This document shows positions 1 to 10,443 of a stretch of DNA of 64,000 bases, one piece after another. Numbering within the stretch: the stretch's first letter is position 1; each line of letters opens with the position of its first letter. A program made the translations under genes and the position numbers. This DNA is from Selaginella moellendorffii (taxonomy: Eukaryota > Plantae > Lycopodiophyta), in contig NW_003314331.1 of NCBI RefSeq assembly GCF_000143415.4, forward strand, positions 367,507 to 431,506, written 5' to 3'. The notes under the pieces were generated by a model. It did not search any database, was not told where the DNA came from, and worked only from the letters and a program-made list of their open reading frames with translations.

Positions 1-79
1 GGGAGAACTTACCACATGACTGGAGTGGCTTTTAGCCATAACCACAGATCCTCTACCCACATGCAACACAGTTGCAATG

Positions 80-250
80 TACATGGCTCTCATACACTTG
101 CAGCAAATGACCCTTGCAAGCCAATGGAATTCCTCCCAATCATATGACCCTCATTGAGATCCTCTCAGCCTGCATACATCCATGAGTGGATTATTGATTT
201 GGGCCTTCACCAAGACTCCAATCTTTGGCACCACTCTCACTGCTTTTACT
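80..250 (+). pseudogene. Degenerate PLS-class PPR gene fragment
   Basis: Broken frames read MALIHLQQM..GIPPNHMTLIEILSAC and IHEWIIDLGLHQDSN, matching the PPR P/L motifs GIxPNxxTFxxVLSAC and IHxxIxxxGxxxD; stops and frameshifts present. Confidence 0.5.
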
Positions 251-429
251 TCCAGTTTTAGTTCCAGGGGGAGAGTTTTTATTTCTAGTTCTAGTTTTAA
301 AGGCATTCTAGTTTTCAAGATCTTGGGGATTTGAGTGAGCTCTGAAAAAGGAGCTCGGCCAAGATCCAGGGGAAGAGTATGAGGAAGAACAAGAGGATGA
401 GAAGGAGCTCACAGAATCGGCATCAAGGA

Positions 430-800
430 AGAAACATGCTCCCAATTGAACAAGAGGAGAAGCCATGACTTTAATTGAGCTCAAAGCTGTGGAGCATGCA
501 GAGTAGAGGGTTATGACTCGATGGGAGAAAGGAAATTTCCCCTTGAATGCTCAGTGGCAGCAGTTTGTAGAGAAGATGGAGAAGACTTGCATAGAGCATG
601 ATGATGATGGTTGCAAGCAGAAGTGGGAGAGCCTCAAGGGGATGTATAAGCAGATCAAGGACCACAATCAGAAAACAGGTGCTGCAAACTTCTTCACGCT
701 TGCATGGGAAAAATAGTTGCATTGAAGCTTCAGACAACAAGACAACAATGGACATGTTTGAAGCAATGGATGCCTTCCTCTCTGACTGTGGTACTGTTGC
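430..800 (+). pseudogene. Trihelix Myb/SANT-like DNA-binding domain remnant (possibly PIF/Harbinger ORF1-type)
   Basis: KHAPN*TRGEAMTLIELK (Trp codon turned to TGA), then QWQQFVEKM..CKQKWESLKGMYKQIKDHNQKTG..FF, and MFEAMDAFL in another frame. Confidence 0.6.
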
Positions 801-1222
801 TCCTTGCCACCTCACTGATTCTGATCATCAAGCTCATGTTCCAAATGATCAGGAAGACGAGATATTGGCTGGCACTACTAGTATGATGTAGGCTGCAAGT
901 GGTAGTAGCGGGCAAAGGAAGAAATCAAGCAGCCACACTCTTGTTGGAGCTCTCCGAGATGGTAACTTGCTGGCTGCTGACCAAATGGACGCAAGAGCGA
1001 AGCAATTCAAGGTGATGAAGGAATTCAATAAGCAACAGGTGGTGAAACGTTGCGAAGTTGATGATCCACGACTTACAAACCACAGAGCAACTTAACAGTG
1101 TGGCCAGGCCCAAAAAGCTCAAAATCCTCTCCAATGTATCGATGAACTCCATAAAAATCTTTGACCCGAGCTTCAAAAGTCAAATAAGTTTTATTGACTT
1201 TATATACTGCCGTTAAATCTTA

Positions 1223-3208
1223 ATGCTTATTACTGGACGTTATCCTTCGTATTGGAAGGAGAATGGCGCCCAAGCAAGGGTAGTCCTCGAGGGCAAACCA
1301 AGGGCTTCTCGTCTCAGGTAAGAAGGCGCTAGGGTTTCACGTTCTAGGGTCGCGAGATCGTGAGCTTACTCCTTGTTCCTGTGGCGCAGCGATCCAGTGG
1401 CTCCTCCGCGGAAGATTTTGAGCTTCCTTGCGACATGCGCGCCAGGGCTGGAGGCTGTGGTAGCAGCCGAGCTCCAGGCCCCGGCCATACGAGCCGCGAA
1501 TGTGGCAATCGCGGAGAGTGGCGGCGCCGTGTTCTTCTCTGGGACTTGGATTGTGGCATTCAATGCCATTCTCTGGTTGCGCTGCGGATCGAGGGTGATG
1601 CATCTCATTGCCAGCGCCAATCTTCCATGGGCCGATGCAATCGGGATTGATCCAGTTTATCAATTTGTGAGGTAATGCTCAAACGCTTTTTATTTTCTTC
1701 TTTCTTCCTCTGTTTGCTTTCATGGATACAAGCTTTATTCTTTTCTATGGAGATTTTGTTTCGTGTTTGAGATACATCTTCCTTTTGCTTTCTGGTTGCT
1801 AAGCCTGCCATTCAAAGTTCCAACCAAACGTTTTTTCTCTTGTTTAAATCAGATATGCAGTGCATTGGAAAAGATTTCTTGCGAACAATGACGACGGTCA
1901 CAAAAGGTTCCGGAGTTTTTCAGTGGAATGTAGGGTCCGGGACTGTACGAGGAGGTCTGTGTCCTTGTACGCTCCAAGAAAAGCCAACGCTGCCATCAAT
2001 GATGCTCTCGACTTGGAGTTTAATCCCGACGTACTCGAGCCTCATCTCAAGGAACCAGCTGAAGTTCCACTCTTTTTACTCATACACAAGGACAAGGCCA
2101 GGCTCTACAGAGACATGAGCTCGAACCTCGGTGAAAGAAGCTACAAAGAAGTCCTGGACAAGACAAGCTTGCCTGGAGAGATCGCCGCAGGAGTTTTGAC
2201 ACTGGCCGGGTGGAACTATGCAGTCCCAGGATTTGGAGAGATCAATCGAAACGCTCCAACCGTGCTGCTGGATCCAATGTGTGGTTGCGGAACGCTCCTG
2301 ATCGAGGCAGCTCTCATGTCTTCCAACACTGCTCCGGGGCTCCTACGCAAAAGCTGGCCTTTCACGGTTCGTTTTTCATCATCGTAGTTCCTTTGGAAGT
2401 TAAGTTCTATCTTCGACATGTCTAGGACTGGCATGACTTTGACGAGGAACTCTGGCAAGAGTGCCGCGCCAGAGCTTCAGCTGCCATGCTCGCGGTCCCA
2501 TCTAGTCACAAGTTTTTGGGGAACGACAGGGATCAAAAAGTGATCTCGGCGTGTGCTCGAGCCGCGGAGCGTGCTGGAGTTGCACACTTGCTCCAACTTA
2601 GCAGTCAAGACTTTGTGCAGTACGAGCCTCCAACCCGTCCATCGCTGGTGGTGGTCAATCCTCCGTGGGAAAGCAAAGAAAGAACGACGTAAGTGAAAGC
2701 TTTCCTTTATTCTTTTTTTCTTTTTCCAGGCAAAGCTCCTTTATCTTTTTTTTTTCTTTTTTTTTCCTCCTTTCGTCCATCTTTCCTTCTAGTTTTCTTT
2801 TTTTTTTCTTTCGTCCTTCATCTTTCCTTCTAGTCCACCATTTTTTTCTTTATTTTTTCTTCCTTGCTCTGAATTCGATGTTTGGTCCTTTTCTTTTCTC
2901 TCGAGATTGATCTCTTCCGATAATTCCCTCTTTCCGCGAGCTCACTTCATTTTTTTTTTTAATTTTTTTTTTTACCTTCTTGCAGGACTTTGGTTCCAAC
3001 GTTTTCGGAGCTGGGCAGATTTTTGAGGCGCCACTGTCGTGAAACCGATGCCTACGTCTTGAGTGGCAGTCGCCTTCTCGCGAGCAACATGAGGCTAAAG
3101 GCGGACGTCAATTGGCCGATTAAAATCCAAGGCCTCCATTTTCGACTGTGCCGCTATTACATTCTTCCAAAAAAGCGCAAGGATCAGGCTGCGCCACAGA
3201 GCACTTGA
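1223..3208 (+). CDS. THUMP-domain class I RNA methyltransferase (RlmL/Trm14/UPF0020-like), 5 exons
   Basis: Exons approx. 1223-1317, 1390-1671, 1853-2366, 2426-2688, 2986-3208 with GT-AG introns; motifs FLATCAPGLEAVVAAEL, LLDPMCGCGTLLIEAA (SAM motif I) and VVVNPPW (motif IV). Confidence 0.85.
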
Positions 3209-3298
3209 CACGTTCCCCAGAAACGTGTTGACACGTGTCCATCTGGGAGATTGACACGTCATGTGGCTGCCGCTTGCGTGTACAGCTTTGTTATATAG
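3205..3298. promoter_or_regulatory. ABRE/G-box cluster plus TATA-like box upstream of the vasculin-like gene
   Basis: GACACGT (reverse complement of the ABRE core ACGTGTC) at 3207, 3230 and 3253; the middle copy is the palindrome GACACGTGTC; TTATATAG at 3291. Confidence 0.5.
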
Positions 3299-4066
3299 AG
3301 CGAATCTTTGAATATGCCTGGGGATTATTCGGTTTCTTACCGTACACTGTTTTTCCGCTAAATTTGGATCGTCATTTTGAGCCATACACCTGAAAAGAAC
3401 ACAAAAGAAAGAAGAACGCATTGGCTCGAAAAGCTGTGGTGTTCTTCTTCCGGGATGCTTGCGCGCTGGGATCAATCGCTCGATCTATCTCCTCCATAGC
3501 CGATCTAGGTGACGATTCCATCCATTTGGGGCGACCTAAATTAGGGTTTTTGACCTAGTGGCTTCGTCCCCGGAGGAAGGGAGGGTTTGTGAGCGCCGGC
3601 AACGACGCAGCGGTTTGAGCGAGCATCCAGCGCCAGGAGAATTCGTGTTCTTTCGAAAAAAATTTCCCCTTCTTTCCACTCTTGGTGTGAGATCTTTCCC
3701 TCTTTCTTTTGTCTTTTTCTTTCTTTTTTTTTTCTCTTCGTTCTCTTGGTAGAACAGCGGCGCTGGCTCTTGGGGACGAGCCCAGCGATTCTTCTCGGGA
3801 GAGTCTTGGGGAATTTGAGCAGGGGGAAGGAATTTAGGCACAGGCAGGGCAGGGGGAAATTTTTTCCAGGGGAGATTTTCGCTCCATGGGAGGGAATTTC
3901 TCCGCGGCGATTGATGGATTGGGTCTCTGGCAGGGCTAGGAGGATTTGCTCGCTGGGTCGGGCTCGATGGAGCAATGCCAGTGGTGAATTCCTGGCGCTA
4001 GGGTGAATCTTTTGGGAGGTTTTCGCCCGGGCATTGGAAGAAAGCCTATAATGGTCTGTTCTAGGC

Positions 4067-6189
4067 ATGGAAAGAACTGAGCCATCTCTGGTGCCAGAAT
4101 GGCTCAAGGGTGTTGGAAGTGGCTCCTCGGCGCATCACCAAGGTAGCTATACCGACTTAAGAGAAAGATGGAAACGTTCTAACGCTTTTCTTCTTTTTTT
4201 ATTTCTGTGTAGATGACGGTCCTAGGCAAAGATTATCACAGCATAGCGAACAAGAGTCTCCACGCTACTCTGCGTACGTACCACCGAGAAGAATAACCAT
4301 TCCAGAGCGTCACCAAGTCGACAAGGATTCTTACACTGGTAGCCGTGTCTATCCCAACTTTTCTCGGACGCCATCGTCGTATCGAGCTGACCACCATCGA
4401 GGTGATTGGGATTCGGATAGGGAGAGGGAGAGGGATAGGGAGAGAGCAGCGACTAGTTTTTTGAGCGACGGGAAGGACAGGGATGATCGTGCAAATGGTC
4501 GCTGGCCCGGACCGGGCAGGGTACTAGATCAAGAGTTTCCACTTCGACGTCCACACACTGTAGGGAATTCTGGTAGGCTAGCGGAGAATGGAGAGAAGAG
4601 GTTTGTTAGCGATAGCAGTAGCAGCAGCAGCAGCAGCATCAAACTCGCAGGCCCCGTACCAAAGGCTGCCTTTGAGCGGCATTTTCCATCGCTTGGTACT
4701 CAGGAGAAGGTTTACTCGAGCCTCGGCAATGTGTCCGTGTTGAGCCCCCGTCACCTTTGGCAACACTCTCGGACCGGTGTTGGTCTGGACTCGGATAGTC
4801 GCTCCAGCCTCGTGGAGCCCAACGGCGTCGCTCCCAGTGCTACGTCCGGGACGCCAAAGATGGCTGAAGCTCTAGCTCACAATCCTCCTCGAGTCAGAAC
4901 TCCACCACAGGTATGTATTCTTTTTTGCTTTTCGGTATTTTCTTTTCCTTTCTTTTCTTTTTAGTTTTTTCTTTCTTTTTCTAATTGCTTGTCACTTTTT
5001 TGAGTTGCAGCTATCTACAGAAAACAGGCTGGAAGAACTGGCTCTTAAACAGTCCAGGCAGCTTGTGCCGATGATTCCAAAGACGGTAAATGAAACCTTT
5101 TTTATTTTTTTCCTCGCTCTTCTAACGGGATTTACTCTTTGCAGGCTCTCAACTCTCGGGACAAAGCCAAGCCAAAGCTGACCAGCCTGGTGTCCCCTAG
5201 CACACCAAAGATCACTCAAGCTCCGAGCAGCCCGATGCTTAGACAACCTCCTCCGATACGCGTCGAAACTCCAAAGACTCCCCAGAGCAAGCTTCACGTC
5301 CTCAAGCCCGGGGTGGCGATTCCAGAGACCGCTCCAGCCGCGAGCTCAGTTGGCAGAACTCCAACTGCCGGCGCGAACTCCACTGCTCCTCGCAAGCTGA
5401 AGCAGCTGCTAGATCGCCGGGCCGTCCCGATACCTCCGCTCTCCGCCAGCGCCGGGGGAGCCGACGCAAGCCGAGCTCGAAGCAGCAAAGAGAACGGCGT
5501 CACCGAAGACAAGAGGCTCCAGGCACAGGCTCAGAACCGAAGCGACTTTTACAACGCTATCCGGAGGAAGGCCGCCGGCGCAGGAGGAAGCAGTAGCAAG
5601 CCGGAGGAGAAGAGCAGCAGTGGCGACTCCAACGGCGGCGGTGGTGGTGCCGGGAATGGCGGTGACAGGGAACTGGAAGATGAGACGCAGGATGGTGGTG
5701 AAAGTCCGCCGGTGGCGGAGGTGGATCATCGCCGCCACCACGCGGCTCCCACCGCTTATCTCGATAACGACGACAATGCTGCCAATGGCGTGAAGAGCGA
5801 GCACTCGATCAAGGACGTTGTTGGTGGCTCCGAGGAGGAGGAAGCGGCATTTTTGAGATCGCTCGGGTGGGAGGAGGACGGCGACGCCGAGGGAGGAGAG
5901 GGGCTGACCGAGGAGGAGATTAGTGCGTTTTATCGAGAGGTAAAGCTGGTGTTTTCGAGTTGTTTTCGTTGTTCTAACTCTGGAAGTTTGCTCTCTTTGT
6001 TTGCAGCATATGAGGTCGATGAGTAGCTCCCCTCTGAGCAGCCGGATACATAACAGGCTCCAGAATGCCGTGCTTCGATCTAGCGGAGGAATCAACGGGG
6101 TCTCGGCTGGAATCAGCTCGTCCGACTCGGAGTCCGACGGCGAAGTCCGCGCCGCCAACAATGTTCTCGCGTCGAGACTCGTGGGATGA
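4067..6189 (+). CDS. Plant vasculin/GPBP1-like disordered protein (At1g36990/At4g08510-type family), 5 exons
   Basis: Motifs MERTEPSLVPEWLK, FERHFPSLG, RLEELALKQSRQLVPM, QNRSDFYNAIRRK and EEEAAFLRSLGWEE..LTEEEISAFYRE; exons approx. 4067-4142, 4213-4910, 5011-5085, 5145-5939, 6007-6189. Confidence 0.8.
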
Positions 6190-6741
6190 TAATTGGTGAC
6201 AACGCAAAGAAGGATGGCAGTCACACGGAGGAGGAGTCGATCACTCTCGGAGTTCTAAAGGTTTTTTTTTTGTTTTGGCTGGAAGATGTCGTGTACAGGC
6301 ATGGAAGAAGGAAAAATTAAACAAGGATTTGCCGTTCTTCAAGAGGTAACGAGGAAAGAAAAAGTGAGAGAAGAGAGAAGTTGTGGGATGTCTTTGACCA
6401 CTCTGGAAGCAAAGAAAATTTTTTTATTACTATAATCCGAGGAAGTGTTCCAAGTCATAGCAGTGTTGTCGTAATGTTCTTGGGTAACTTCATGTTTTTT
6501 GTCTCTATAAAAGATCTCAAAAAGATGAGCAGAGTTTTATGTTTTTGGGTTAACTTGTACCAAAAAAGAAAAGTCTCTAAAAGGTACCCAAAAAAAGGTG
6601 AGAAGAAAGAGTTTCGATTGACTTTGGCGAAGATTGTACAAGTAATCGAAAGTGAGATCAAATCCATCGATCCATTCACGGGATCACTCCCGGGTCAGTG
6701 AAAAAGGAACTCCTCTCTTTTCTCTTTTTCTCTTTTTCTAG

Positions 6742-7001
6742 TCACTCGAGTGGCAAGTTGCTATGGCCAGTGCTCTTGGTGTCAGGGTTGGAGACGTCGC
6801 TGGTCGAGATTTGGAGTTCTCCTTCATCCTCGATCTCGATTCTTTCGTTCTGCAGCGATCGATCCAGCTAAAGATCAAACGATACGATAGGAGAGAAAAA
6901 CCAAAAGAGTGTACCTGCGATTCTTTGAGTGACGAGAATAATGTGATCGCTGTCGCAGCTGCTATTCCAAAGACTGGCGCGATGGCTTTGGCCATGTCCA
7001 T
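6742..7001 (-). CDS. 70-aa small protein with an N-terminal hydrophobic anchor and acidic tail (copy 1), 2 exons
   Basis: Exons 7001-6915 and 6867-6742 join in phase 0: MDMAKAIAPVFGIAAATAITLFSSLKESQ|LDRSLQNERIEIEDEGELQISTSDVSNPDTKSTGHSNLPLE*. Frame and splice sites are conserved in copy 2; TATA-like and G-box motifs upstream (7244-7321). Confidence 0.65.
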
Positions 7002-7589
7002 GTCTGCTTGTTTCTGTTCAAGCGGTGACCTTATCATCCTGGATTTTGAGTATCGATCGATAACTTAACGGGAAGAAGATACCTTTCTCGACTGACTGGA
7101 AATGCCCAAAACACGAGCTCGATCGATCGATGAGCGACGAGACTTATGATTCGACTCCACAAGAGTCCCCTTATTTGCTTGCAGGAGAGAGAAACAATGA
7201 AATCCAGCACGTACAAGAGAAGTGTTTTTCAGTTTAGTCGGGCTTTATATATACAAGCGCGGGCCGACTTGAAGGGTGAATGAGACGAGGCCACCTGTGC
7301 ATCTGCGATGCTGACACGTGTTTGATATTTATGCGGCTACTGGGGAAGATTCTTCTACCACCGTTTTGAACATGTCAAACGCAGAGAAAAACAAAACAGC
7401 TAATATTTTAACATTAGAGCAATTAAAATCTAGGAAGTTATACTTTGATTGTTTTACTTTGGGCAGCATTGTCTAAATAGCACAGTAGTGTTCTTATCCC
7501 AAGATATACTAAGAACACGAGGAATACAATGAGAAACAAAAAGTGTTTTTATAATATTTTAGAGGAACTCAAGAGGAATTAGATTCCCT

Positions 7590-8483
7590 ACCATTCTAGG
7601 AGTGCAAAAGCACATTTTCACTGGAAGGTACAATTTTGAATAGAATAAACTTTCTAGACATATTGTGAGTAATGTCAAATCAAGAATCAATTTTTGTTGC
7701 CAATGGACAGCTACTCTAAAGTACTTTTAAAAGACCGTGAACCTAACTTCGCAATACAGAGTCCAGATGTGTTTGATAGGATTTTTCATATTATAAGAGG
7801 AGTTAGTAAGGGGATCAATTTGAGCAGGGATATTTTTGCCGGTAATGTTCCAAGCTGAACCAGGTTTTAACTCTACGACGCATCAAATATATTCAAGTGG
7901 GCAATGGTCGTGATGTAGGACTATCAATATTTGAGGCCCAAGTGGCAAACGGGAACGGTGAACAGACTTTAAGCAGGGCTTAGGCCAACCGCTTTGATTT
8001 CTTCCTAATGTTGTCCTTCTACAGTACATGATATTACTTCAGCACCATATTTCCAACTGATCAACTACTGCGAAGCCAAACCTGATTGGAGTGCAGTATC
8101 AGGCTGTGCTGCCCTGACAAAAGACCTCTCAAGTCCACTGAGTGCTAGTACAAGAAAACATATACTGTAACAATGACTACCTGAGAAAGGGGAAACCACT
8201 TAGGGTGGAGGTCTGGACTCGATCGTGGTTTCCGTATGGACTTCATTGCCGTGCAGCTATAGCTCGCCTCTGTTCTTCACATTCTCTTTGGGCTCCAAAG
8301 TTCACTACTATGGACGTACCATCTTTCAAAGGGGTGCCGAGTACAGCCAAGTACAGAGCTACAGGTTGCGAATTCGTGGTGAGGCACCCTGATAGCTATA
8401 GGCTCTACTCAAGAAGTTACTTTGTCAAAGGCTTCGAGCTGATGATCCTGCTCGTCATATACAGCGTTTATGAATCGCGGTGA
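7590..8483 (+). pseudogene. Callose synthase (glucan synthase-like) catalytic-region pseudogene fragment
   Basis: Eroded motifs HIFTG, SNQE, PDVFDRIFHI, GINLSRDIFAG, YIQVGNGRDVGL, FEAQVANGNGEQTLSR, RFDFFLMLSFY, HYYGRT, AKYRATG, YRLYSRSYFVKGFELMILL; many deletions and frameshifts. Confidence 0.85.
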
Positions 8484-8485
8484 GT

Positions 8486-10070
8486 TTTGAGATCGCTCCG
8501 CCGTGAGTAGCTCCGCTCTGAGCCGGATACATAACAGGCTCCAGAATGCCGTGCTTCGATCTAGCGGAGGAATCAACGGGCTTTCGGCTTGAATCAGCTC
8601 GTCCGACGGCGAAGTCCGCGCCGCCAACAATGTTCTTGCGTCGAGACTCGTGGGATGATAATTGGTGACAACGCAAAGAAGGATGGCAGTCACAGGAGTC
8701 GATCACTCTCGGAGTTTTAGAGGTTTTTTTCGTTTTGGCTGGAAGATGTCGTGTACAGGCATGGATGGAGGAAGAATAAGGAAGAATTAAACAAGACTTT
8801 GCCGTTCTTCAAGAGGTAACGAGGAAAGAAAGAATTAGAGCAGAGAGAAGTTGTGACACGTCTTCGACCAGGTGTGTTGTCGTAATGTTCTTGGGGTAAC
8901 TTCCGACACAAAAAAGGTACTAAAAGAAAAAGCTTTTAAAGGCTGTTGTCTCTAAAGTAAGGTGAGAAGAAAGAGTTTCGATTGACTTTGGCGAAGATTG
9001 TACAAGAAAAAGTAATCGAAAGTGAGATAAAAATCCATCGATCCATTCACGGGATCACTCCCCGGTCAGTGAAAAAATAACTGCTCTCTTTTTCTCTTTT
9101 CTTGTCACTGGAGAGGCAAGTTGCTGTGCCCAGTGGTCTTGGTGTCTGGATTGGAGACGTCGCTGGTCGAGATTTGGAGCTCTCCTTCATCCTCGATCTC
9201 GATTCTTTCGTTCTGCAGCAATCGATCCAGCTAATGATCAATCAAAAGAGGAGAGAAAAACCAAAAGAGTGTACCTGCGATTCTTTGAGTGTCGAGAATA
9301 ACGTGATCGCTGTCGCAGCTGCTATTCCAAAGACTGGCGCGAGGGCTTTGGCCATATCCATGTCTGCTTGTTTCCGTTCAAGCGGTGACCTTCCCATCCT
9401 TGATTTTGAGTATCGATAGAGAACTTAACGGGAAGAATGCAAAGGACTCTACCTTTCTCGACTGACTGGAAATACCCAAAACACGTGCCGAGATTTATGA
9501 TTCGACTCCACAAAAATCCCCTTCTTTGCTTGCTAGGAAAGAAAAAAAATGAATCCCACCAGCGCGTACAAGGGAAGTGTCCTTCAGTTTAGTCGGGCTT
9601 ATATACAAGGGCGGGCCGACTTGAAGTTGAGGCGTGGACTAATGAGACGAGGCCACCTGTGTCCTGGCATCTGCTATGCTGACACGTGTGCTGGATATTT
9701 ATGTAGTTACTGGGAGATTCTTCTGCCACCGTTCTTGAACATGTCAAACCCAGAAAAAACATGTGCCTAAACAACTTCTCAAAAGCTATAGCCGATTAGA
9801 GCAAATCTCTATCCTAATTAATATTTAGGAAGTCGCTTGATTAGAGCAAATTCTTTTGTAAATGTCTACAGAATATTTGGGCAACAAACATCGTCTAAAG
9901 GCTAAGTACCTCAACAATGCTCAGGCCAATAGCACGGAGTGTTCTTTTTTATCCCAAGTCATACTAAGAATATGGGGATACAATGAGAACCAAACACAAG
10001 CTTGTTTAGTGTTTTTATAATTTTTGTCTATGAATCTACTTGTCAACTATTTAGGAATTGCAAAAGGCAG
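8486..10070 (+). repeat. Direct segmental duplication of approx. 5850/6020-7610
   Basis: Near-identical last exon and 3' UTR of the vasculin-like gene, the small-protein gene and its promoter. Confidence 0.9.
9105..9361 (-). CDS. 70-aa small membrane-anchored protein (copy 2)
   Basis: MDMAKALAPVFGIAAATAITLFSTLKESQ|LDRLLQNERIEIEDEGELQISTSDVSNPDTKTTGHSNLPLQ*; same intron, five substitutions versus copy 1, no indels in the exons. Confidence 0.65.
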
Positions 10071-10443
10071 GACATTTTTTAAGCTCAGCTTCTTGAATTC
10101 GTAAAATTCCATGTAGATTAGTAAGCCTTTATTTTGAATAGCTGAAAAAGATAGAAAAACTCAGAATATAATTTCTTATTATTATATAAAGTAAAAAAAA
10201 GTAATTGGCCTGTTAAATTCAAATACAGCTAATACAAGCATATGAAATTATAATTTATATTTAAACCTTTATCATCAAACTAAATTTCTGACATTATTAT
10301 CAATTAAGGTATTGATTGCATTCTTAATTTACCTCTAAAGTCAAAAAACATCCAAAAAAGTCAAATAAATTTTTGCATTGGGAAGTCCGGTGATTGCTGA
10401 AATAAACTTTTTCCTCAAGCATCCCAAAAAGATCAAGATCAAA

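Noticed and set aside
3536-4107. ORFs upstream of the vasculin-like gene
   Set aside because: Mostly antisense or non-ATG frames across a probable 5' UTR and intron; no recognisable motifs.
5409-6224. 271-aa minus-strand ORF
   Set aside because: Antisense shadow of a GC-rich exon.
10378-10443. N-terminal extension of the RLK ORF in the track
   Set aside because: Starts at TTG; ATG 10444 directly precedes a signal peptide.
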